NCBI GenBank assembly: GCA_032128375.1
Contig: JAQBGU010000141.1
Span: 1 to 18,876 of the forward strand
DNA length: 18,876 nt
Reading direction: 5' to 3'
Origin: Deltaproteobacteria bacterium
Lineage (GTDB): Bacteria; Myxococcota_A; UBA9160; SMWR01
Within the stretch, counting starts at the first letter, position 1. Each line of letters begins with the position of its first letter. Shown here in pieces: positions 1 through 8,481 of this stretch. A model generated the notes under the pieces. The model ran no database searches, was not told the DNA's origin, and saw only the letters and a list, made by a program, of their open reading frames with translations. The translations under genes and the position numbers were made by a program.

Positions 1-23
1 TTCGATCCCCGTTTCCCGCTCCA
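1..23 (+). tRNA. 3' end of a tRNA (T-loop, acceptor stem, CCA), most like tRNA-Gly; could be the real gene or an att-site duplicate
   Basis: TTCGATCCCCGTTTCCCGCTCCA: TTCGA T-loop followed by TTCCCGCTCCA, the typical tRNA-Gly 3' acceptor strand. Truncated by the window edge; an integrase points into it. Confidence 0.8.
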
Positions 24-1116
24 GGTTTCTTGAATGCCCTCGGTCAGTTGCACAGGGGGCGTTGTCTTTCTGGGAATCGTCGTCAGACGTCGGAGCCGGA
101 TCGAGCCGTTTCGCGCCGGAATTCGCGGCTCCGAAGTCCGCGAACGCCAGGTCGCTCTCTTCCACTGGCATCGCATGGGCGTACACACGCAGAGTCAATT
201 CGGGGTTGGCGTGACCGAGTTGATCCGCAACCCAGCGGATGGATCGCCCGGCAGATACCGCGAGGGTCGCGAACGTGTGAGGCGCATCGTGAAGCCGTAG
301 TGGCCGAACACCCTGCTTCTGTGCCCTGCGTGGTCGGCGATCCCAAGATCGCGTGACGTTGCGTCCATCGAGCGGTGTGCCCGCTTCCGAGCAAAACACG
401 GGTTCTGGAACCGAAGCCCATCCCCGATGTATCGCTTCGCGCTGTCGCTGGGTCAACAAGTTGAATAGTGAGAGCGCGAGGGTAGGGGGCATCGCGAGTA
501 CGCGAGCACGTCCGCTCTTGGGTGTGACGGTGATGACCTTTTTCAAAGCCCGACGAATCGTGATTCGGCGTCGCTCGAAATCGATGTCGTCCCAGCGCAA
601 TCCCAACGCCTCGCCCCGGCGGGCGCCGGTCGACATCAGAAATCGCAGCAGTGGCTCGAATTGTGGCTCGTATTCCGCCGCGAGCGATAACAATGTCTCG
701 ACTTCGTCGCGGCTCCACGCATTGATCGAACGAACTTCCGAAGCGACCCGGCGATCGACACGCTGCGTGAGCTTTCCAATCCCGGACGCAGGGTTCTTCG
801 CGATCAGATCGTCCCGCACGGCGAGATTCAGAACGCGCCGAACGATTGAAAGCCCGTTTTGAATTGTCGCAGGGGCTAATCCGGCTTCGAGCTTCACCGC
901 GATGTAGTCCAACAAGTCTGCCTCAGAAATCGAGCGCAGGTCCTGGTCGCCAAAATACGGGATCAAGTGGGTTTCGAGAAGCCCTAGGCTCGTTTCCTGG
1001 TAGCGCGGCTTGAACGTGACACTGTAGCGACGGTGCCACTCGCGCAGATGCGGGCCGAACGGGACGGTCGAAGGCTTTTCGTCAGGTTCGAACGAGCCAA
1101 GCGCAAGCGCGGCGTC
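1..1116 (-). pseudogene. Tyrosine recombinase/phage-type integrase, 5'-truncated, catalytic HxxR motif mutated
   Basis: Manual translation (absent from the ORF track because there is no stop in the window): ...STGARRGEALGLRWDDIDF...TPKSGR...LRLHDAPHTFAT...QLGHANPELTLRVYAH... HDAPH replaces HDxRH. No in-frame start between the stop at 1198-1200 and 1116. The frame runs antisense into the tRNA (LERETGIE). Confidence 0.88.
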
Positions 1117-1568
1117 ATGACCGAAGTGCTGAACACGATGTTCAATTCGGCGAACATCGGGGATCGAACTGTCAGGAATTTTTCGCCGGACACGGATCTA
1201 TTTGAACTCGCTCGGAGGAGCGGAACGTTCACGAATGAACAGGTGGAGTTCTTTGGCTCATTTCCGACGGGATTGCGTGCTGCATTGATGGGAGTCATGC
1301 GAGACAATTTCAATTGGAAGAAGCCCCTGGCGATTCAATTCGTTTGGGCGCCCGCCTACGACTTCGGTTTGAAGATTTACGAAGACCCGGCACATCACAG
1401 AGCCCTGGTGGAATCAGCGTCGTCATCCAGACGCGCTATCCACTCGACACGCACCCTTCCTTGATCCGACCAACGAGCCGAGCCAAGAAAACCTCGAAGA
1501 AGAAGGTCTCCAAGAAAAAGGCCACCCGCGCAACGGCCACGACGCGGAAAGCTCCTTCCCAAAAGTGA
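1117..1568 (+). pseudogene. Hypothetical protein with a Lys-rich tail, split by a frameshift at about 1386-1389; possibly 5'-truncated
   Basis: MTEVLNTMF...IQFVWAPAYDFGLKIYED joins naturally to PGTSQSPGGISVVIQTRYPLDTHPSL...KKTSKKKVSKKK if one C is added in GAC CCG GCA. Confidence 0.6.
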
Positions 1569-1727
1569 CACAGATCCAGCGATTTCTCGCCGCATTCAAC
1601 GGGCGGGGCGACTGGATGAGAACGCTCACACCCGACCCGGAGGCGAGTTCCCGTTGTAAATGTTCTTCGCTTCGGCCGGGTAGGCGGACGGGTTTCGGTT
1701 CACTGGCGAGAAATTGATACGCGTCTC

Positions 1728-1787
1728 CAACGAGTGCGGCTGTTCGAGAAGAAACGCCATCTCGCCAAAGATGTCGCCCGGCGAGAA
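1728..1787 (-). pseudogene. Short cyclic-nucleotide-binding-domain-like fragment
   Basis: Translates to FSPGDIFGEMAFLLEQPHSL, matching the GDxFGEMAxL..PRS cNMP cassette. Abuts the ISAzo13 fragment. Confidence 0.45.
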
Positions 1788-1789
1788 TT

Positions 1790-2049
1790 AGCGAACTCAG
1801 CAAGAACTGGGCTGGCCGTCCCCTCGACTGCCTGGAAACGATCCTCAACTACGCGCGTACGACCACGACCACCACCGCCCTCTCTACCAACGTCAAAGCG
1901 CATCTCGTTCGCAGACGCTACAAGAAGGGAGTGAAGATCACCGACGACGAGATGCGCGATCTTGCACTTTGCAAGGGCCACACCCTACCCAGGTGGAACT
2001 ACACCATCGAACTTGCCTGAAAAACGGGAGTTATTCTTTCGCGAGCCCT
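1790..2049 (+). mobile_element. ISAzo13-family remnant: transposase C-terminus (1790-2020) plus probable right end
   Basis: SELSKNWAGRPLDCLETILNYARTTTT...YKKGVKITDDEMRDL...LPRWNYTIELA*, the characteristic ISAzo13 C-terminal motifs, followed by AAAACGGGAGTTATTCTTTCGCGAGCCCT. Confidence 0.8.
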
Positions 2050-2120
2050 GAGTGCTGCATCTTCCACCACTCAGCGGCCACAGTACAGCAGACACAGGAG
2101 ATCTTGAGGGGGGGTGAACA

Positions 2121-2561
2121 ATGACAGAGCTGCTTATGATCTGTGTATTCTGGACTTGGATTCCAGGCGCTAACAGTACCAGCTACGAGTTCTTTGGTGA
2201 TGATGCGTTTATCGGTGCCACGACAGATACACAGATCGAGGCGTGCTTCCCGGACTACTACACCCCTGTCACATACTATGTAGTGGGGCTCAATGACTTG
2301 GGCGACCGTAGCGTACCTAGTAACTCCATCACCGCCCAGGCTGTGTGGAACTTCGACGCCGATCAGGATGGGATCGTGGGCTGGTCGGAGTTCACGGCGT
2401 TCTCCTACGCATTGGGTAAGCCCCCTCCCAACAACGGCCCGAACTTTGATGTAGACGCCGATGGGATCGTAGGGCTCGTTGACTTCTTCGCGTTCCTCAA
2501 CGCATATGGTAAGTGCAACGATGGACGCAAGGTGATCTCCTGTGAAGACCACCATCATTGA
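2121..2561 (+). CDS. Small protein with a beta-rich N-terminal region and two dockerin/EF-hand-like Ca-binding loops
   Basis: Repeats DADQDGIVGWSEF and DVDADGIVGLVDF (DxDxDGxV..xD/EF pattern); G-rich RBS before the ATG. Confidence 0.65.
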   Translation: MTELLMICVFWTWIPGANSTSYEFFGDDAFIGATTDTQIEACFPDYYTPVTYYVVGLNDLGDRSVPSNSITAQAVWNFDADQDGIVGWSEFTAFSYALGKPPPNNGPNFDVDADGIVGLVDFFAFLNAYGKCNDGRKVISCEDHHH

Positions 2562-2676
2562 CACCCTTCTCACTGTTGTCGCTCAGCTTGGTCCTGGTGC
2601 TTGTTGCTGTAGTTCTTCGAAACGAGAAGATCACCCGGGCTAACACGAGGTCACAATGCATCAAGTAAGCCTCTTG

Positions 2677-3228
2677 GGTCGTGTCCACTTTCGTGTGTGA
2701 AATAGCGCGAAGGGCTTGAGCTTTCGAAAACCTGAGTTTCGAAACGGGCCGTTCCTCCACGACACTTCTATCTTCATCGCCACGAAGGGGAGCAGCGTGT
2801 AGACCGAGGCTTCTCCGGCCACGATCTCCATCGGCTTTGTCCTTCGCTTGAATTCCTTGTTCAGCCGCTCGATCAGGCTGGTCGTCCGAAGATGCATCTA
2901 CTCCTCTTCGGGGAACTCCAGGTAGACAACAATCGAGTCGAAGTCCTTCTCCACGCAACGCACAGCATCCGGATAGATCGCCTTCCACTTCATCCACTTC
3001 CCGGAGAACGACTCGAGCGCACTTCGCTTTCAGGCGATCCGCTGCGTAGAAGACCTTCCGCATCTCGTGTGCGATGACATTGCGGTCCTTCCGGCGCACC
3101 TTCGTCAGCACGTTCACGGCCTTGTGTACCTGGCAGCGTTGCACCTTGGCTTTACGGAACGCCTCGAGGAACGCCTTCTCGAGTCCCGGGAGCCCGTCCA
3201 TGATGCCGAGTTGGATGGCAGACGGATC
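2677..3228 (-). mobile_element. IS256-family transposase pseudogene (3' half) with terminal IR at about 2677-2703
   Basis: IMDGLPGL, QRCQVHK and LRTTSLIERLNKEFKRRTK motifs; frameshift at about 3021; in-frame TAG at 2898-2900; end sequence GGTCGTGTCCACTTTCGTGTGTGAAAT. Confidence 0.88.
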
Positions 3229-3365
3229 GTTTCGCCGGTACCTGCGTCGAGAGGAGTTTCAGGCTTCTGACCATAGGCGTCGAGACTGTTCGCCTTTTTG
3301 GGCCTCATCCAGCTCTTGTCGAGCTCCTTGAACTCGGCATCCGTGATGACGCCATCGTTTCTCAA
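3229..3365 (-). pseudogene. Gene fragment interrupted by the IS256 remnant, or a frameshifted tail of the SWIM gene
   Basis: LRNDGVITDAEFKELDKSWMRPKKANSLDAYGQKPE looks protein-like and overlaps the SWIM stop codon. Confidence 0.35.
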
Positions 3366-4366
3366 GGTGCCCTTTTTGCGGCCGTTTTTCCCGTGTGCGC
3401 CGTCCTCTCGCTGCTCGACTCCTTTGCGGAGGAGGTCTTCGCCAGCGTCTTTTTTGCAGCGGGCTTCTTTGCGCTTGTCTTCTTCGTGTTCGACTTCTTG
3501 GCTGAAGCCTTCTGGGTGGTAGCGTTCTGCGGGGTGTTCTTTTTCTTGGCGGCGGTCTGCTTGGCTGTCGCCGATTGGCTGCTGGTCCTCGGCTTGGCCT
3601 TGGTCTTACGCGACGTTCCTTCGGGGAACACGCCGACCCTGTCCATGTCCGTGCCGATATCCACGCCGAAGAGTGACGACAGCTCGTCGGTTTCGAGCAG
3701 CCGGCCTTTGCGTGTCTTGCCCGCGCCCGTCGGCTGATCGATGGCGGCTTCGATCATTTCGGCCGGGTCGACGTCGCGCAGCGTGAACAGCAGCTCGGGC
3801 TCGATGTCGAGGCGAGCGCCGACGCCGTAGAGCGTAGCGGCCACGTGCTTGCACATGCTGGCCCAATCGGGGCATGAGCAATTCAGTGTGATCTCACGGG
3901 GTGACGGAAACAGCCCGTCGCCCTTGCGGGTGACGATCTCCATCACGCCCTTGGAAATCGATCCCCGGAGAAGCTCCACCAGCGAATCGATCTGGCCCGC
4001 GCATCGCCCCTTGATCTCTTTCCACGCCTTTTCTGGCAGCGGCTTGATGCTGATACCCACGCTGTACAAGTCTGTGCCGCTGACGAGCGCGCGAACACGT
4101 CCGGCCTCGATCTGCAGATCGACGACCGAGCCATTGCGAACATAGGTGCGCCCGCGAGGAAGACGATTGGAGTAGTCGCTGTAGGCTTCGAGGTTCTTGC
4201 ACCAGGCGTCGCCCCAGAAGGTCCGGGTGACTTTGCGACCCTCGATCTCGACCGGCGAGACGTTCCGGCCGGCCTTCTTCAGCTTGGCGATCTTCTGTGC
4301 CGCGCGCCGCCGCCGCTGCGCAACCGGCACGTATCGCGGCCAGTCGTCGAAGGGGTACCCGCCCAT
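3362..4366 (-). CDS. SWIM zinc-finger protein with Lys/Ala-rich C-terminal tail
   Basis: CSCPDWASMCKH SWIM motif and RLPRGRTYVRNGSV; GAGGTG RBS; lies directly downstream of the SNF2 gene. Confidence 0.92.
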   Translation of the reverse strand: MGGYPFDDWPRYVPVAQRRRRAAQKIAKLKKAGRNVSPVEIEGRKVTRTFWGDAWCKNLEAYSDYSNRLPRGRTYVRNGSVVDLQIEAGRVRALVSGTDLYSVGISIKPLPEKAWKEIKGRCAGQIDSLVELLRGSISKGVMEIVTRKGDGLFPSPREITLNCSCPDWASMCKHVAATLYGVGARLDIEPELLFTLRDVDPAEMIEAAIDQPTGAGKTRKGRLLETDELSSLFGVDIGTDMDRVGVFPEGTSRKTKAKPRTSSQSATAKQTAAKKKNTPQNATTQKASAKKSNTKKTSAKKPAAKKTLAKTSSAKESSSERTAHTGKTAAKRAP

Positions 4367-4414
4367 GGGCTCACCTCTATTCGCAATGCGCCCGCCTGCA
4401 CGCGGCGCTTCTTC

Positions 4415-7177
4415 CTATCGCTCCAGCGCGCTGCTCAAATCGAGGGACACCATCGATAGGAGTTCCTCGTTGCTCATCTCGGTCAGTGCGGAGTCGCCAC
4501 CGCCGGACAGGACCTCGTCGGAAAGCTCTTGCTTACTGGCGATCATTTCGTCGATGCGCTCCTCCACCGTACCTCGACAGACGAACTTGTGGACGAGCAC
4601 GTTTTTCCTCTGGCCGATGCGAAAGGCACGGTCAGTCGCCTGGTTCTCGACCGCGGGGTTCCACCACCTGTCGAAGTGGATCACGTGCGAGGCTGCAGTC
4701 AAATTGAGACCAGTCCCTCCTGCCTTGAGCGAGAGTACCATGAAAGGCACGCGGTCGTCCTGCTGGAAGCGCTTCACCAGACCCTGGCGTTTCCTCACCG
4801 GTGTGCCGCCGTGCAATACGAGGCCACTCTGGCCGAAGATTTCCGTCAAGAACCCCGCCAACGGTAGGGTCATCTCGCGGAACTGGGTGAACACTAGAAC
4901 TTTGTCCTGGCGGGCGGCGATGGAGTCGCACAACTCGCGCAACCGCGCGAGCTTGCCGCTGTCCGCCGCTTCGTATTCGCCGTCACCCAGCCACTGGGAA
5001 GGATGGTTGCAGATCTGCTTGAAACGCATCAGGAAGGCCAGAACCATGCCCCGCCGCTCGATGCCGTCGAGTTCCTCGATGGCTCTTCTCATCTCGTCGA
5101 CCGATTGTTGGTACAGCGCTGCCTGCCGCCTGGTCAGAAGGCAGTATGCGTTGACCTCAGTTTTGTCGGGCAGGTCCGAGACAACACTCTTGTCGGTCTT
5201 GAGTCGCCGGAGAATGTAGGGCTGCACGAGCCTGCGCAGCGGCGCATAGCCCTGCTGGCTCGAAGCCATGGACTTGCAAAGCGCGTTGAAGGCCTTGGCC
5301 GATCCCAAGAGACCGGGGTTCAAGAAGTCGAAGAGCGACCACAGATCACCGATGCGGTTCTCCACCGGCGTGCCCGTCAGAGCCAAACGCCACCTCGCCT
5401 TCAAGGCCTTCACGGCCTTGGTTTGCTTTGCGCCGGGGTTCTTGATGGCCTGGGCCTCGTCGAGGATCACGTGACGCCAGGAGTGCTGCTTGATCCATTC
5501 GGTGCGCATTGCGGTTCCGTAGGTGGTGATTACCGCGTCGTAGGCATCCACCTGCTTCTTAGGCAGCTTCCTCAGCTCGAGAGAAGAAATGCGCGACGGG
5601 TGAGCGATGAGGACCTTCAGCCCGGGTGCAAACCGCTCGATCTCCAGCCGCCAGTTGTCCACGAGCGATGCGGGAACCACCAAGAGGTCGGTGCCCTGCT
5701 CTTTGTTGCGCTGACTCAAGGACAGCAGCCCGAGCACCTGAATCGTCTTGCCCAGACCCATATCGTCGGCCAGGCAACCGCCCAGTTCGAGGCTGCGCAG
5801 GGTCGAGAGCCACTGTACGCCCACTTTCTGATAGGGACGAAGCTCGGCGCTGAGGCCCGCGTTGGCTTCGATGTCTGAGCGCAGCTCGGGCGAGCGGAGC
5901 GCATCGAGCCTCGACGAGAGCCACTTGCCGGCAATGACCTCCGACCAGTCGGGCCGCTCGTCTTCGAACCCTTCGTCATCACCATTCAGGCGGGCGCCGG
6001 AGAGCATGCGCATGGCCTCGCCAAAGCTGACGCCGCCAGCCTGGGCCTGCCTCTGGACGCCACGCCACTGGTCGAGTACCTGCGAGAGCTTCTCGCGATC
6101 GACCTCGACCCACTTGCCCTTGATCAGCACGAGGCCATCGCTGGCAGTAAGCAATTCCTCGATTTCTCGTTTTGATAGATCCTTGCCGTCCAGAGTCAGA
6201 CCAACATCGAAGTCCAGCAGCGCTTGCATCCCCAGATTCGATGGCGCTTTACCACCGACCGAGACCGAGACCTTGGGGCGGGGCTTGTTCTTGGCGCTCC
6301 ACCAATCAGGCATGCGCACGACCAGCCCGGCCTGCTCGTACAATGCGATCTCGCACAGGAACCGATGGGCCTCTTTGGGCGACCACGACAGCGGGTGGTA
6401 AATGTCGCCGGCTTCGACCAGCTCGCGTATGAAGGAACTCTGTTCGGCCGCTCGGGAGAGGGGCGCGAGCAAAGCGAGCAGCTTCTGGCGGTTCTTGGTT
6501 CCGGCGTAGTCCTCGAGGGCCCGGCCCAGAGGCAGGTATTGAGGCTTGGCCTGCTTGGAAACCTTGTGAACATACGTCGCGATGAAGGCAAACGGAAACT
6601 CGGGATCGCGCTTGTTTTCGGCCAGGTGGAAGCAGACGCGGCCCACCACTTTCCAGATAGAGCTGTGCTCTTTCAAGTAGCCCTGGACACCGTCCTTGTA
6701 GCCATTGGCTTCGGCTGTTAGGGCCGTGCCCAGATCGGACCAGATGTCACGCAGGAGCGTCGCCGAAAGGATCTCGGCGCCCTGCATTGGAGGCACGGCC
6801 TGGGCCAACGCCGTGATCTCGTCTGGGTCCGGATCGGGGATGACGAGCGACTTTGGATCGGTCGGGTCGAGCGCGCCGCACACGCGGCCAACGAATACCC
6901 GCCCGACATCGCGCCAGTACGAGAGTGACGGGGGCAGATCTGTCAGCAGCTCCGCCGCGCCGAGATGCAACACTCCCTTGCCGCGGCCATCGTTGAATGC
7001 CCCGATGATCTGTTGCGCGGCCTTGGCCGTCAGAAACGGGCCGTCCTCAGGCGCTCCCGCCTGGACGTCGATACGACCGCTGGGTGTCAACCGGCAGACG
7101 AGGGTTTTGCGCGCTTTGGGACCGCTGTCGAGGGCGAGCTGCGTCATTGGCTGATCATTCTCGAGTGCGGCCGGCAC
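4415..7177 (-). CDS. SNF2-family (SF2) helicase/ATPase; alternative start ATG at 7147
   Basis: LADDMGLGKT, DEAQ, TGTPVEN, SLKAGGTGLNLT and QATDRAFRIGQ motifs. Confidence 0.96.
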   Translation of the reverse strand: MPAALENDQPMTQLALDSGPKARKTLVCRLTPSGRIDVQAGAPEDGPFLTAKAAQQIIGAFNDGRGKGVLHLGAAELLTDLPPSLSYWRDVGRVFVGRVCGALDPTDPKSLVIPDPDPDEITALAQAVPPMQGAEILSATLLRDIWSDLGTALTAEANGYKDGVQGYLKEHSSIWKVVGRVCFHLAENKRDPEFPFAFIATYVHKVSKQAKPQYLPLGRALEDYAGTKNRQKLLALLAPLSRAAEQSSFIRELVEAGDIYHPLSWSPKEAHRFLCEIALYEQAGLVVRMPDWWSAKNKPRPKVSVSVGGKAPSNLGMQALLDFDVGLTLDGKDLSKREIEELLTASDGLVLIKGKWVEVDREKLSQVLDQWRGVQRQAQAGGVSFGEAMRMLSGARLNGDDEGFEDERPDWSEVIAGKWLSSRLDALRSPELRSDIEANAGLSAELRPYQKVGVQWLSTLRSLELGGCLADDMGLGKTIQVLGLLSLSQRNKEQGTDLLVVPASLVDNWRLEIERFAPGLKVLIAHPSRISSLELRKLPKKQVDAYDAVITTYGTAMRTEWIKQHSWRHVILDEAQAIKNPGAKQTKAVKALKARWRLALTGTPVENRIGDLWSLFDFLNPGLLGSAKAFNALCKSMASSQQGYAPLRRLVQPYILRRLKTDKSVVSDLPDKTEVNAYCLLTRRQAALYQQSVDEMRRAIEELDGIERRGMVLAFLMRFKQICNHPSQWLGDGEYEAADSGKLARLRELCDSIAARQDKVLVFTQFREMTLPLAGFLTEIFGQSGLVLHGGTPVRKRQGLVKRFQQDDRVPFMVLSLKAGGTGLNLTAASHVIHFDRWWNPAVENQATDRAFRIGQRKNVLVHKFVCRGTVEERIDEMIASKQELSDEVLSGGGDSALTEMSNEELLSMVSLDLSSALER

Positions 7178-7329
7178 TCGGCAGAGTCAGGCAATCCCGC
7201 GAAGCTCGGCGGCTGCACGCTCGGCCCCGCGATTCGGATGAACGCTTCACCCGCCGCCACGACGAGCCCCACCGAAGCGATCGCAAGCGATACCTCGAGC
7301 ATCCATCGGGTTGATTCCGCTGCGCTCAT
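7144..7329 (-). pseudogene. N-terminal stub of a membrane-anchored protein, apparently truncated at the island junction
   Basis: MSAAESTRWMLEVSLAIASVGLVVAAGEAFIRIAG resembles the TM + 'GE..LR' anchor common on SGNH-type and other periplasmic proteins, but the frame ends soon after. Confidence 0.4.
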
Positions 7330-7404
7330 GGCTCGATTCCAACAACTCCCGAGGCCATTCATCGACAAGCCGGTTGCTGTCTTGGCCTGGCCTAGCCCCG
7401 AGTT

Positions 7405-7968
7405 TCACTCCGGTCTGGAGAGCCCCAGCTCGTCCAGGCGTGCCGCGATGTCCTGACCAGCGGTTTCGCTGTCGACCGACTTGTCGATGTACCGGATGAC
7501 CCCATCGCGGTCGATGTAGAACGTCCAGCGCTTGGTGTAGAGCCCTCCGAGAGCCAGCACTCCGTACTCCTTCGCGACCTGCTTGCCCGGGTCGCTCAGA
7601 ATCGGGAAGTTGCCGTCGAGAGACTCCGCAAACGCCTTGTTCTGTTCCGGCTCGTCGACGCTCACCATGAAGAACGCGGCATCGCGCTGGCGGATCTGCG
7701 GCTCGCTGTCACGCAGCGATTGGAGTTCCTTCGTTCAGCCGGGTGTGAAGGCCTTTGGGAACCACGCCACCACCACCGGCCGCTTGCCCCGATGCGCTTT
7801 GACGCTGTGAGTCGCTCCGTCCGAACCCGGCAACGAGAACTCGGGAGCCGGATCCCCTACCGCAAGCCCAGCGCCCGCGCTTTCGGCGATCACGATTGCC
7901 AGGGCGACCCATCCGCACGCAAAGGCATGTCGCAGAACCGCTCGTCGTGGTGTTCTCATGGACGACAT
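7405..7968 (-). CDS. Selenocysteine-containing peroxiredoxin (BCP/PrxQ-like, AhpC/TSA family) with N-terminal signal peptide; alternative start 7959
   Basis: ORFs 7735..8325 and 7405..7668 are in one frame: VGDPAPEFSL...AWFPKAFTPG[TGA 7737-7735]TKELQSLRD...KRWTFYID. The TGA sits exactly at the peroxidatic Cys of PxxxTPGCT. Confidence 0.9.
7703..7719 (-). promoter_or_regulatory. Candidate bacterial SECIS hairpin
   Basis: mRNA UGA-15 nt-UCGCUG[CGUGA]CAGCGA: perfect 6-bp stem, loop begins 21 nt after the UGA and has GU at loop positions 2-3. Confidence 0.7.
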
Positions 7969-8481
7969 ATAGCAAGGCACTGAGCGCAAGCCACAGCGCG
8001 ACTTCAAAGGCCTCTCGGCATGGCGAAGCGATACGAGTTGCCGACGCCCGCCCGAGCGGGGAAGCTGTCGACAGGCCGATTCTTCTGTTGCCGCCGCTGG
8101 CCCGATCGGCCTGATCGCGAACCCCATGTCCGGACGTGACGTCCGGCGCCCGGTAGGCCGAGCGGTTCCTCTGGGTGAAGGACCTCTTTCGCACGAGCCA
8201 TCGCGCTCGAGCACTTGAATATCGGCGGTGTCTCGATGGAGCGCCTCGACGTTGGAAAGCTCGAGACGACGCGCACGGATAGGGTCCGCGCCGCACAGTG
8301 ATCGTCCACGATGTCTTCGCGGCACTGCGGCGGAAATGCTGCGTGCCGTGGGCTCGGGTTACCTGACAGGCCGGGCGGATCACGCGCGTGTCGTGGCCGG
8401 CTGTGAGGTGATCGCAATCGCAGAGTCTGGCGTGTAGATCTCTTTCGCCCGCGGGTCGTCAGTCGGGGCCAGATGGCGACG

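Larger units (their letters stand above)
24..7180. mobile_element. Decayed tRNA-anchored genomic island (right boundary approximate)
   Basis: tRNA end next to an integrase, two IS remnants, several gene fragments and SNF2/SWIM cargo; an apparently truncated gene at about 7180. No second att copy found. Confidence 0.65.

Noticed and set aside
1158..1168. Inverted 11-bp match to the tRNA end; also TTCGATCCCC at about 18232
   Set aside because: Too short, lacks the acceptor-stem part, and the first is in the wrong orientation for an att site.
1582..1714. 10-bp inverted repeat ATTTCTCGCC / GGCGAGAAAT as a possible MITE
   Set aside because: Short, no target duplication seen, plausibly chance.
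2898..2900. In-frame TAG in the IS256 transposase as possible recoding
   Set aside because: The same gene is also frameshifted and truncated; a simple TGG-to-TAG decay explains it.
7969..8481. Possible gene or ncRNA between the peroxiredoxin and the QEGLA gene
   Set aside because: Only short, inconsistent frames with no recognisable motif.
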